IMG/VR virus record: IMGVR_UViG_3300030376_004817
Location: 1-26,206 of that record
Origin: a virus
Lineage: Duplodnaviria; Caudoviricetes
Strand: one strand, 5' to 3'
DNA: 26,206 nt
Shown: positions 16,454-25,298 of the stretch, piece after piece
Layout: each line of letters opens with the position of its first letter
How positions within the stretch are numbered: the stretch's first letter is position 1
The notes under the pieces: model-generated
Database searches by the model: none
Told to the model about the DNA's origin: nothing
The model's input: the letters and a program-made list of their open reading frames with translations, nothing else
Made by a program: the position numbers and the translations under genes

Positions 16454-18348
16454 ATTTAAAACTTAATACAGATACTGCACAGGCTGATAAAAGTATGGAT
16501 AAACTTAATCAGCAGTTTGTTGAATTAAATAAAAATTTATCAGAACAAAATAAAATGACAAATGAGGCTTTTGATGCTATAAAAAAAGGAGCAGATGATG
16601 GGGGCAAATCAGGAAGTAAATTTGGAAAAATATTAAAAGGTGCTTTTGCTATTTTTGGTGGTGCAGGAATTGTGGCATTAGCTGTTAAAATATTCCAAAA
16701 GTTTGGCGAGGTTTTAAGTCAGAATCAGAAAGTAGTTGATTTGTTTTCAATTGCTACAGAAGCTGTTTCTATAGTGTTTACAGATTTAGTTAATTTTTTA
16801 TTAAATAACATAGGTACTGTTAAAAACTTTATGGACGCTATGTTTAAAGACCCAGTAGGAACATTAAAAGAATTTTCCCTAAGTATCAAGCAGGGCATTA
16901 TAGACAGATTTAATCAAGCATTAGAGGTTTTAGGTTATTTAGGTAGTGCAATTAAAAAGGTTTTTTCAGGCGATTTCTCAGGTGCAATGGAAGATGTCAA
17001 AGAAGCAGGCAAACAAACAGTAGATGTGTTTACAGGTGTTGATGATAGCTTTGATGAGGTGGCTAAAACAGTTACTGAATATGGTAAACAAGTTTTAAAA
17101 ACTGCTGCAGCAAATGTTGAGTTGGCAAATAGTGCTGAACTAGCTGCTGCAAAAAATCAGGGTTTACTAGAACAATTTGATTTTCAAAACGAAAAATTAA
17201 GACAAGTAAGAGATGAAGAAAGAAACAGCATTGATGATAGGATAAAAGCTAATAATGATTTAAGGGATAATTTACAAAAACAACAAAAATTAATGTTAGC
17301 GAATGCTCAAATTGCTATTGATGCTGCCAACGCACAATTAGCAAAGGACAAAGATAATGTTGAATTTAAAAGGCAATTAATAGAAGCTGAAAATGAATAC
17401 GCTGCAGTTAAGGCAACTGTTGCAGGTTTTGAATCAGAATTTAAAGCAAATGACTTGGCACTTGATAAAGAAAAAATTGAGTTGACAAATTCTAAATTAG
17501 AAAGTGAAGCCAATTTAGGAATAGAAAAGAAAAGGTTAATTGCTGAGCAAATTGAAGATGATAAAGCTAGGCTACTTGCTATGCAAGAAATAGATGCTCA
17601 AGAACAAACCTTACAACAAGCTAGATTACAAAGGATATTAGATGAAGCTAATGAGGGTACACAGGCAAAGGTAGATGCACAAATTGCTTTAGATGAATTT
17701 AATGCTGAATCAGAAAGAACAAATCTAGAAAGGAAAACAGAAATTGCAGAAGCAGAAGCAGCTTTGGAAGAAAAGAAAAGAGCAGACAAAGAAAAAACCT
17801 TTAATGACCTAGTGGCTATAGCAGGTGCAGAAAGTAAATTAGGAAAAGCTATATTATTAGCAAAGCAAGCATTGGCATTAAAAGAAATGATAATGGAAAT
17901 GAAAGCCACTTTATTTACTGCTAAGCAAACTGTTGTAAAAGCTACTTTAAAAGGCACAGAGGGTGCAGCAGATAGTGCAGCAGGTGTGGCTAAAACATCA
18001 GCAGCAGCCCCTTTCCCTGCTAACATACCTTTAATAATAGGATATGTTGCACAGGCAGTAGGCATAATTGGTGCAATTAAATCAGCAGTTAAACAAGCTA
18101 AAGGAGCAGCATCTAGTGTTGGTGGTGGTGTGCCTAGTGTGGGTGGCGATATACAAGCCCCTACTGCTGTAGGTGCAGCAGCATCTGTTCCACCTGACTT
18201 AAGTTCTGTTGGTGGCTCAGGCTTTAATCAAATAGCAGATGCCATAGGGCAACAAAACCAAACACCCATACAAACCTATGTAGTGGCAAGTGATGTAACC
18301 ACAGCACAAAGCCTAGATAGAAACATAATTGATGGAGCAAGTTTATAA
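16441..18348 (+). CDS. Tail tape measure protein
   Basis: 635 aa Ala/Glu/Lys-rich helical protein with hydrophobic segments; C-terminal YVVASDVTTAQSLDR. Confidence 0.8.
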   Translation: METIDLKLNTDTAQADKSMDKLNQQFVELNKNLSEQNKMTNEAFDAIKKGADDGGKSGSKFGKILKGAFAIFGGAGIVALAVKIFQKFGEVLSQNQKVVDLFSIATEAVSIVFTDLVNFLLNNIGTVKNFMDAMFKDPVGTLKEFSLSIKQGIIDRFNQALEVLGYLGSAIKKVFSGDFSGAMEDVKEAGKQTVDVFTGVDDSFDEVAKTVTEYGKQVLKTAAANVELANSAELAAAKNQGLLEQFDFQNEKLRQVRDEERNSIDDRIKANNDLRDNLQKQQKLMLANAQIAIDAANAQLAKDKDNVEFKRQLIEAENEYAAVKATVAGFESEFKANDLALDKEKIELTNSKLESEANLGIEKKRLIAEQIEDDKARLLAMQEIDAQEQTLQQARLQRILDEANEGTQAKVDAQIALDEFNAESERTNLERKTEIAEAEAALEEKKRADKEKTFNDLVAIAGAESKLGKAILLAKQALALKEMIMEMKATLFTAKQTVVKATLKGTEGAADSAAGVAKTSAAAPFPANIPLIIGYVAQAVGIIGAIKSAVKQAKGAASSVGGGVPSVGGDIQAPTAVGAAASVPPDLSSVGGSGFNQIADAIGQQNQTPIQTYVVASDVTTAQSLDRNIIDGASL

Positions 18349-18349
18349 A

Positions 18350-18377
18350 TACAAAAAACAAATTTAAAATCGTTATA
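18350..18377 (+). promoter_or_regulatory. Putative phage late promoter, copy 3
   Basis: TACAAA-N15-CGTTATA; C at 18371. Confidence 0.75.
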
Positions 18378-18382
18378 ACATT

Positions 18383-18973
18383 ATGAGAATAGTAGAATTA
18401 GTTCTTGACGAAGACCAAGAAATGGCAGGAATTGAAGCAATTTCTATCGTAGAATCTCCTGCTATTGAAGCAGACTTTGTGGCACTAAAAGCTGATGAGA
18501 TTAAATTAGCAGAAGTAAACAAAGAGAAAAAAATATTAATGGGAGCATTACTTATTCCCAATAAGCCTATTTTCAGAAATTCTGAAAACCAAGATGATTA
18601 CTATATTTATTTTTCAAAAGATACTGTAGAGAAAGCATCGCAACTTTATTTAAAAAATGGAAATCAGAATAACTCAACACTAGAACACCAACACGAATTA
18701 AGTGGATTAACTTTAGTAGAAAGTTGGATAGTGGAAGATACTAAATTTGATAAATCTAGAAAATATGGTTTAAATGTTCCAGTTGGAACTTGGATGGGGT
18801 CTGTCAAAGTGAACAATGATGAGGTGTGGAAAGATTATGTCAAGACAGGTAAGGTAAAAGGATTTTCAATTGAGGGTTACTTTGCTGACAAAATGGAAGC
18901 CCCTAAAGATTCAGTAGGTTTATCTGCTGACCAAAAATTAATTAATCAAATAAAAGAAATATTACAATCATGA
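18383..18973 (+). CDS. Prohead protease (XkdF-like serine protease)
   Basis: AISIVESPAIE, LIPNKPIFR, TLEH, VESW, GTW and KGFSIEG motifs. Confidence 0.8.
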   Translation: MRIVELVLDEDQEMAGIEAISIVESPAIEADFVALKADEIKLAEVNKEKKILMGALLIPNKPIFRNSENQDDYYIYFSKDTVEKASQLYLKNGNQNNSTLEHQHELSGLTLVESWIVEDTKFDKSRKYGLNVPVGTWMGSVKVNNDEVWKDYVKTGKVKGFSIEGYFADKMEAPKDSVGLSADQKLINQIKEILQS

Positions 18974-19404
18974 TTACACCTGAAAAATTTAATAAAATAG
19001 TTAGTAAACTCCCTAAAGATAAAACAGAATTAGCAAAAGTTGAATTATCTATTGCAAGTGAATTAGATGCATCTATGGGAAAATTAGAAAAAGCTGTACA
19101 ATCAGAAAAGGAATGGAATGCTGCAACTAAAACCTACAATTCATTTGCCAAAGAAGTTTTGAAACAAGTTAAAAAAGCAGAAACCCAAAGGAATAAACTT
19201 CAAGAATCAGGGGAAAAAATTGAAAAAAATACTGATGAGGTGTGGAGCAATGTTAGTGACCTTATTAACAAAGCAGACAGTGCAGCAAAAGAATTAGGGA
19301 TTAAACCTGAAGCAATAGGGGCATACAAAAAAGCAGACTCCTTAAGTGATAAGCTGTTTACTGTAGATGCAAGAGCGGGATTTTTTGACCAGATTTATTG
19401 GTAA
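18970..19404 (+). CDS. Helical hypothetical protein, possibly head-associated
   Basis: KTELAKVELS N-terminus, coiled coil, AAKELGI motif. Confidence 0.65.
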   Translation: MITPEKFNKIVSKLPKDKTELAKVELSIASELDASMGKLEKAVQSEKEWNAATKTYNSFAKEVLKQVKKAETQRNKLQESGEKIEKNTDEVWSNVSDLINKADSAAKELGIKPEAIGAYKKADSLSDKLFTVDARAGFFDQIYW

Positions 19405-19410
19405 TAGATT

Positions 19411-19566
19411 ATGAATAGGAAAATTAGTAATTATATACCTGCTAGAAGCAGCCCAAGAGGGTCAACTAGAGCATGTTTATGCAAAAATAAATTAACCTAT
19501 TCTAGGGAGTGCTGTAATCAGGACATTATGAATCAGGGGATTGGTGTAGTAACCAAAATAAGTTAA
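19411..19566 (+). CDS. Small Cys-rich protein (51 aa)
   Basis: Manual translation MNRKISNYIPARSSPRGSTRACLCKNKLTYSRECCNQDIMNQGIGVVTKIS. Confidence 0.7.
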   Translation: MNRKISNYIPARSSPRGSTRACLCKNKLTYSRECCNQDIMNQGIGVVTKIS

Positions 19567-19569
19567 AAA

Positions 19570-19597
19570 TACAAAATTTAAAAATTAAATCGTTATA
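19570..19597 (+). promoter_or_regulatory. Putative phage late promoter, copy 4
   Basis: TACAAA-N15-CGTTATA; C at 19591. Confidence 0.75.
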
Positions 19598-19605
19598 CTA
19601 ATATT

Positions 19606-20235
19606 ATGAAAAATCAAGAAATGCTTAATAAAATTAAAACGCTTCTAAATATGGATGTGAAACTTGAAGAACAAAAGTTGGAAAATGGAACTGTAGTAGA
19701 AGCTGAGAGCTTTGAAAAAGGAAAAGAAATTTTTATAAAAACTGATGATGAGAGAGTAGCACTTCCAGTAGGAGAATATATATTGGAAGATGGCAAATTG
19801 CTTGTTGTTAAAGAAGAAGGAATTATTGCTGACTTTAGAGACCCATCTGATGGCGTACCTGCTAAAGAAGATGCAGAAAAAGAAGATGAAACAGAAGATT
19901 TAGAAGAAGGAGATGAAAGCAGAGATGATGGAAAAGAAGCTGCAGTAGATGACTGGCAGGGAATGGAAAAAAGAATTAAAAATTTAGAAGATGCTATTGC
20001 TGATATTAAATCAAGAATAGGAGAAACAAAAGGTGGTGATGAAGAAGAAGAAAAGAAATTAAAATCACGCACAGTAAAAGAAGAATTTGCAAAAGAAGAA
20101 TTATCTGAAGCTGCAGTAGAGCCAATTAAACATAGCCCTGAAGCAAGTTTCAACGAAGTAAAACAAAGGGTTTACGCTAAAGGTAATTTCAACACTACTT
20201 TTGATAGAGTTTTAAAAAAATTAAATAAACAATAA
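19606..20235 (+). CDS. Capsid scaffolding protein
   Basis: Highly acidic with coiled coil and basic C-terminal helix; lies between protease and capsid genes. Confidence 0.7.
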   Translation: MKNQEMLNKIKTLLNMDVKLEEQKLENGTVVEAESFEKGKEIFIKTDDERVALPVGEYILEDGKLLVVKEEGIIADFRDPSDGVPAKEDAEKEDETEDLEEGDESRDDGKEAAVDDWQGMEKRIKNLEDAIADIKSRIGETKGGDEEEEKKLKSRTVKEEFAKEELSEAAVEPIKHSPEASFNEVKQRVYAKGNFNTTFDRVLKKLNKQ

Positions 20236-20250
20236 ATTAAATATTAAAAA

Positions 20251-20682
20251 ATGGCTACATACAAATATTCATCAAACGATGTACAAAGAAACAGACCTAC
20301 ACAAGAAGCTTTAACAGCTAATAAAGCTATTTCAGTTTCAGATGCAGGTAAAGACCAAAATTCAAGTGGTGGCTCACATACACACACACTACCTGAATTA
20401 AATGCTAATTATGTAGGGCTAACTTACAGATTTAGAAATACAGGAACAGCAGGAACACATGGCGTAACAGTATCGCCACATGCTGATAATAAAATTGTTG
20501 GAGCATTTACATTAGCTGCTTCAGTTGTTACAGCAGCGAGTTCAGGAGCAGGAGCACTAGATAAAGATATAATTAATACTGCAGGAACTTCAATTTATGG
20601 AGATTGGGTAGAATTAACAGCAATATCTTCTACTGAATGGGCAATTTGTGGCTCTCAAGGAATATGGGCATTTGAATCATAA
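20251..20682 (+). CDS. Putative capsid decoration / fibre-like protein
   Basis: Ala/Thr/Gly-rich beta protein (TLP...GLTYRF...GDWVEL...W), inserted between scaffold and capsid genes. Confidence 0.5.
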   Translation: MATYKYSSNDVQRNRPTQEALTANKAISVSDAGKDQNSSGGSHTHTLPELNANYVGLTYRFRNTGTAGTHGVTVSPHADNKIVGAFTLAASVVTAASSGAGALDKDIINTAGTSIYGDWVELTAISSTEWAICGSQGIWAFES

Positions 20683-20709
20683 TAGTAAAATAAATTAAAA
20701 ATTAGAAAA

Positions 20710-21672
20710 ATGAATAATAGAAAAATTGAATTAGCGACTGCAACCAATGTAACGACTACATATAGTGGAGAATTTGCAGGGGAGTATATCGCTGCAGCAT
20801 TGTTCTCAGCATCAACTATTGATGATGGGGGGCTTACTGTAAAACCAAATATCGCTTATAAAGAAGTGATTAAAAGATTAGATACAGGAGCAGTAGTTTC
20901 AGATGCAAGCTGTGACTTTAATCCTAATTCTAGCGTAACATTAACTGAAAGGATAATCCAACCCACTGAACTACAAGTGAATCTACAACTTTGTAAGAAA
21001 GATTTCATCAATGATTGGGAGGCTCAATCAATGGGATATGGATTAGGGCAAACTTTGCCACCAAAATTCAGCGACTTTTTGGTTGCTCATGTAGCAAACC
21101 AAGTTGCTCAAAAAACAGAACAAACTATATTTACTGGTGTTGCAGCAAACGCAGGCGAGTATGATGGTTTTGAAACGCTAATGACTGCTGATGGGAATAT
21201 ACCTGCAGCTCAGGACATAGCTGCTGTAGGTGGTGGAATTAATGCAGGAAATGTAATAGCAGAACTTTCAAAAGTTGTTCAAGCCATTCCAACAGCACTT
21301 TATGGCAAAGAAGATTTATTCATTTACATACCAAGTGCAACAGCTAAATATTATGTGGAAGCTTTAGGTGGTTTCGCAGCAAATGGCTTAGGGGCAAATG
21401 GTATAAACGCACAGGGAACACAATGGTGGAACAATGGCTCACTTACAGTTAATGGAGTGAAAATATTTGTATGTCCAGGTCTCTCTGCAAACAAAATGTT
21501 CGCTGCACAAAGAAGCAATCTGTATTTCGGAACTGGACTTCTCAATAATTTGAATGAAGTCAAAGTGATAGACATGCAAGATATTGATGGCAGCCAGAAT
21601 TGTAGATTTGTAATGAGATTTACAGCAGGTGTTCAGTATGGAATTTCTGAGGACTTAGTTTACTATTCTTAA
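20710..21672 (+). CDS. Major capsid protein
   Basis: 320 aa; follows protease and scaffold genes; followed by a strong terminator; TTYSGEFAGEYI, LTERII, LCKKDF motifs. Confidence 0.85.
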   Translation: MNNRKIELATATNVTTTYSGEFAGEYIAAALFSASTIDDGGLTVKPNIAYKEVIKRLDTGAVVSDASCDFNPNSSVTLTERIIQPTELQVNLQLCKKDFINDWEAQSMGYGLGQTLPPKFSDFLVAHVANQVAQKTEQTIFTGVAANAGEYDGFETLMTADGNIPAAQDIAAVGGGINAGNVIAELSKVVQAIPTALYGKEDLFIYIPSATAKYYVEALGGFAANGLGANGINAQGTQWWNNGSLTVNGVKIFVCPGLSANKMFAAQRSNLYFGTGLLNNLNEVKVIDMQDIDGSQNCRFVMRFTAGVQYGISEDLVYYS

Positions 21673-21693
21673 AAATTAATTAACCAAGAAAAT

Positions 21694-21730
21694 AGGGTAA
21701 GTGGGCTTAAACTTACTTACCTTTTTTTTT
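21694..21730 (+). terminator. Intrinsic terminator after the capsid gene
   Basis: GGTAAGTGGG-CTTAAA-CTTACTTACC stem plus T9. Confidence 0.85.
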
Positions 21731-21749
21731 AAATAAAATATATAAAATT

Positions 21750-22265
21750 ATGGCATGTGCACTAACGACTGGGAGAAAAGTACCATGTAAATCAGCATTC
21801 GGAGGAATCAAGACAGTATATTTAGCAGACTTTCCTGTATCAGCTACAGTTGATGCAGACCAAACAATATCTGCTTTTGCTGCTTCCCCTGATTGGTTTA
21901 AATTTGATTTGAAAGGAAATTCTTCATTAGAGACAACAATTACAAGTTCTAGAGATAATGGAACGACTTTTTATACACAAACACTAAATTTAACATTAAC
22001 ATATTTAGATAATCTTACTAAAAACGAATTACAGCTAATTGCAGTAGCAAGACCTGTAGTAGTAGTTGAAGATTATTATGGTAATCAATTCCTTTGTGGC
22101 TATGAAAATGGAATGGAAGTTACAGGTGGGACAATTGTAACTGGAGCAGCAGCAGGTGACCTGAGTGGATTCACGCTAGTGATGGAAGGCTTAGAAGAAA
22201 CTGCACCATATTTCGTAGATGCAGGAGTTGTATCAGCTAACGCAACCCAAATCACACCAAATTAG
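21750..22265 (+). CDS. Major tail (tube) protein
   Basis: MAC.LT.GR..PCK...GGIK, SRDNGTTFYTQ, GAAAGDLSGFTL; 171 aa beta-rich. Confidence 0.7.
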   Translation: MACALTTGRKVPCKSAFGGIKTVYLADFPVSATVDADQTISAFAASPDWFKFDLKGNSSLETTITSSRDNGTTFYTQTLNLTLTYLDNLTKNELQLIAVARPVVVVEDYYGNQFLCGYENGMEVTGGTIVTGAAAGDLSGFTLVMEGLEETAPYFVDAGVVSANATQITPN

Positions 22266-22287
22266 AAAATCATTCTAATTAATCTAA

Positions 22288-22318
22288 AAAAGAAGCACTC
22301 TAAATGGGTGCTTTTTTT
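22288..22318 (+). terminator. Intrinsic terminator
   Basis: AAGAAGCACTC-TAAAT-GGGTGCTTTTT. Confidence 0.85.
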
Positions 22319-22323
22319 ATTTC

Positions 22324-22351
22324 TACAAATTAATCTTTTTATTTCGTTATA
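22324..22351 (+). promoter_or_regulatory. Putative phage late promoter, copy 5
   Basis: TACAAA-N15-CGTTATA; C at 22345. Confidence 0.75.
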
Positions 22352-22356
22352 TAAGT

Positions 22357-22785
22357 ATGATTGTACTTAACACGACCACGCCACAAACTTTAAAAGTAAT
22401 ACCTAGAGAGTATGTAAGCGAGTTTACATTCTCGTATGAAGATGATTCTACTAATGTAGCAACAGAAGTGCAAATAACAACTGCTTCAACATCAGGAAAT
22501 TATTTAACTTGGTCACAGGCATTTAATCCTGTGTTAGTTATTAATCATTTTTATAACATTGAGTTATTTTCTGACTATGCTTTTTGGAATACAAATTATA
22601 GCCTGTGGGAAAATTTTAATGAGTTATGGAACGATAGTAGTAATTTTAAAAATGTGTTTTATAGGGATAGGGTTTTCTGTACTGACCAATTAGTAGACCA
22701 AAAAAATGGCGATTTTTATGACATGAATAAAGGTCAATTTGTAACCACAGATACATATAATAATGAGTATATTGTAGCATCATGA
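22357..22785 (+). CDS. Putative virion structural (head-tail joining) protein
   Basis: ORF track; VFYRDRVFCTDQ; lies upstream of portal. Confidence 0.55.
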   Translation: MIVLNTTTPQTLKVIPREYVSEFTFSYEDDSTNVATEVQITTASTSGNYLTWSQAFNPVLVINHFYNIELFSDYAFWNTNYSLWENFNELWNDSSNFKNVFYRDRVFCTDQLVDQKNGDFYDMNKGQFVTTDTYNNEYIVAS

Positions 22786-24671
22786 GAAAAAATTTAAAAA
22801 GAAATAAAAAAGGACAATTTATCAGACATTCATCTGAATATAGTTTTGTTAATTTAAGCACTTATACAAGCCCTGATATAGTTGAGGTAAACAATAGAGA
22901 TTGGGTTGACTATGGGGCTAATAATGACTATTTTCAATTCTTGATAGACAGATACAATGGTTCTCCAACTAATAACGCTGCGATTAATGGCATATCACAG
23001 GCTATCTATGGAAAAGGATTGAACGCTACAGATAGTGCGAGAAAACCTAATGAATACGCCCAAATGGTAAGCCTGTTTAAAAAGGATGTTGTTAGAAAAT
23101 TATGTTATGATTTAAAATTAATGGGGCAATGCTCTGTTCAGGTTATTTATAATAAGGGCAGAACTAAGATAGCAAAGCTAGAACATATCCCAGTAGAAAC
23201 ATTAAGGGCTGCAAAGGCAAATGAAAAAGGGGAAATCCCTGCATACTATTATTATAAAGATTGGAGTAAGTTAAAACCAAATGAAGTGCCAAAGAGAATA
23301 CCTGCTTATGGTATGTCAAAAGAGCCTATAGAGATATATTATATTAAACCTTATAAAGCAGGGTTTTATTATTATGCACCTGTTGATTATCAGGGGGGAT
23401 TACAATACGCTGAACTGGAAGAAGAAATTAGTAATTACCACCTCAATAATATCATGAATGGGCTTGCTCCTAGCATGCTTATCAACTTCAACAATGGTAC
23501 TCCTAATCAAGAAGAAAGGCAATTATTAGAACAAAGGATAGCCCAAAAATTCTCAGGCTCAAGTAATGCAGGGAAATTCATATTAGCATTTAATGATAAT
23601 AAAGAAGCTGCAGCAGATATAACACCAGTTCAGCTAAGTGATGCCCACCAACAGTATCAATTTCTCTCAGAAGAAAGCACAAAAAAAATAATGGTGGCAC
23701 ATAGGATTGTCAGCCCAATGCTTTTAGGTATTAAAGACCAATCAGGATTAGGTAATAATGCAGAAGAAATTAAAACAGCCAGTTTGTTAATGGATAATAC
23801 TGTTATTAGACCATTTCAAGAACTATTGATAGATTGTTTTGACCACTTATTGGCTTATAATGACATTGCCTTAAACCTCTATTTTACAACCTTACAACCA
23901 TTAGAGTTTACAGAGGTTGATTCTAAAGTTCAAGATGAAGAAGATATTGAGGAAGAAACAGGGTACGAGTTTAATAATGTTAAATTAACTAAAGTTGAGG
24001 TTGATGAAATTGTAGGCAGCTTAGCTGAAACAGGAAGACCAATAGATGAAGAATATAAGGAAATTGCAGTCTTACCTGCAGATGATATTAGTGCTGAAGA
24101 TTATGCAAATTATTTAATGCCTGAAAAAAAATCTACTTTGAGTAAAATAAAAGAAGCTGTTGGATTAAAACAAGCTACAAAAGACAATGTAGGTAGTGTA
24201 AGAGATGGGAGTGCCTTTAGTTATTTAGATAGCAAAAATGGTAGGTATAAAATTCGTTACAGATACGCTAATGGACAAGGCTATTCAACCAGTTCAGATT
24301 CTAGGGAATTTTGTAAAAGAATGATGCAATTATCAGGCAATAGAAGAAAAGGCTTAGTATGGAGAATAGAAGATATAGATGCAGCATCGTGGGGGTCAAA
24401 AGACAGCACAGTTAAAGTAAACGCAAAATTTAGACACAAAAAAGATATGCCTTATGATATTTTTAAATTAAAAGGTGGAATCTACTGTCAGCATGTTTGG
24501 GAGAGAGTGTTATTTGGATTGAAAAAGGGAAAATATGAAAGTGAAAATCTAGAAAACTATAAACGAGTTCCTAGCATTCCTAGTAGTTATATTAAAAACC
24601 CAAGAGGAACAAGAGAAAGTGAAATAGCAACTGACAAACAATTGCCACTACGAGGGGCATATCCAAAATAA
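22782..24671 (+). CDS. Portal protein with C-terminal Cys/His extension
   Basis: WVDYGANNDY, SPTNNAAI, NGLAPS, FSGSSNAGK, IMVAHRI, VIRPFQ portal-like motifs. Confidence 0.85.
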   Translation: MRKNLKRNKKGQFIRHSSEYSFVNLSTYTSPDIVEVNNRDWVDYGANNDYFQFLIDRYNGSPTNNAAINGISQAIYGKGLNATDSARKPNEYAQMVSLFKKDVVRKLCYDLKLMGQCSVQVIYNKGRTKIAKLEHIPVETLRAAKANEKGEIPAYYYYKDWSKLKPNEVPKRIPAYGMSKEPIEIYYIKPYKAGFYYYAPVDYQGGLQYAELEEEISNYHLNNIMNGLAPSMLINFNNGTPNQEERQLLEQRIAQKFSGSSNAGKFILAFNDNKEAAADITPVQLSDAHQQYQFLSEESTKKIMVAHRIVSPMLLGIKDQSGLGNNAEEIKTASLLMDNTVIRPFQELLIDCFDHLLAYNDIALNLYFTTLQPLEFTEVDSKVQDEEDIEEETGYEFNNVKLTKVEVDEIVGSLAETGRPIDEEYKEIAVLPADDISAEDYANYLMPEKKSTLSKIKEAVGLKQATKDNVGSVRDGSAFSYLDSKNGRYKIRYRYANGQGYSTSSDSREFCKRMMQLSGNRRKGLVWRIEDIDAASWGSKDSTVKVNAKFRHKKDMPYDIFKLKGGIYCQHVWERVLFGLKKGKYESENLENYKRVPSIPSSYIKNPRGTRESEIATDKQLPLRGAYPK

Positions 24672-24675
24672 AATT

Positions 24676-25182
24676 ATGGCAACACAGTTATTTATAAATA
24701 GAACAGATTTAGTAAGGAATAGTATTCTTGATGGAAATGTAGATACAAACAAGTTCATACAGTTCATAAAAATCGCCCAAGAAATTCACATTCAGAATTA
24801 CATGGGAACAGAATTATATGATGAATTAATAGGCTTAATGCCAACTATAGATAATGTGGGAAATGCTAAGTATAAAACATTATTGACAGAATATATTCAG
24901 CCCATGTTGATATGGTTTGCTCAAGTGGAATATATCCCTTTCGCAGCATATCAAATTCGTAATGGTGGAGTATATCGTCACATTAGCGAGACAAGTGAAA
25001 CAGTAAGTAAAAACGAGGTGGATTATTTAGTTGAAAAAGCAAGAACAAATGCTGAATGGTATTCTAGAAGATTTATAGATTACATGGCTTTTAACCAAAG
25101 TGCTTTTCCTAAATATGTTTCAAATTCTAATGATGACATATACCCTTCTCAAGATGCGACATTTAATGGGTGGGTTTTATGA
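24676..25182 (+). CDS. Head-tail adaptor / connector protein
   Basis: GNVDTNK...AQEIHIQNYMGTELY helical protein directly after portal. Confidence 0.6.
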   Translation: MATQLFINRTDLVRNSILDGNVDTNKFIQFIKIAQEIHIQNYMGTELYDELIGLMPTIDNVGNAKYKTLLTEYIQPMLIWFAQVEYIPFAAYQIRNGGVYRHISETSETVSKNEVDYLVEKARTNAEWYSRRFIDYMAFNQSAFPKYVSNSNDDIYPSQDATFNGWVL

Positions 25183-25298
25183 GTTATAAAGGAAGCACAT
25201 GGGAAGCAAAACCAAAGGAAAAAAATTTAAAAAAATTAAAATTATTTTTAAAAAAAATAGAAGAAATTAAAACAGAAAAAGATGGCGACACTATATAA
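25179..25298 (+). CDS. Small basic protein (39 aa)
   Basis: Manual translation MSYKGSTWEAKPKEKNLKKLKLFLKKIEEIKTEKDGDTI; overlaps both neighbours. Confidence 0.55.
   Translation: MSYKGSTWEAKPKEKNLKKLKLFLKKIEEIKTEKDGDTI

Noticed and set aside
280-22861. All minus-strand ORFs in the track (e.g. 17598..18065, 19614..20153, 8835..9179)
   Set aside because: They are antisense shadows of well-supported + strand genes, with low-complexity Ser/Phe/Leu translations and no motifs.
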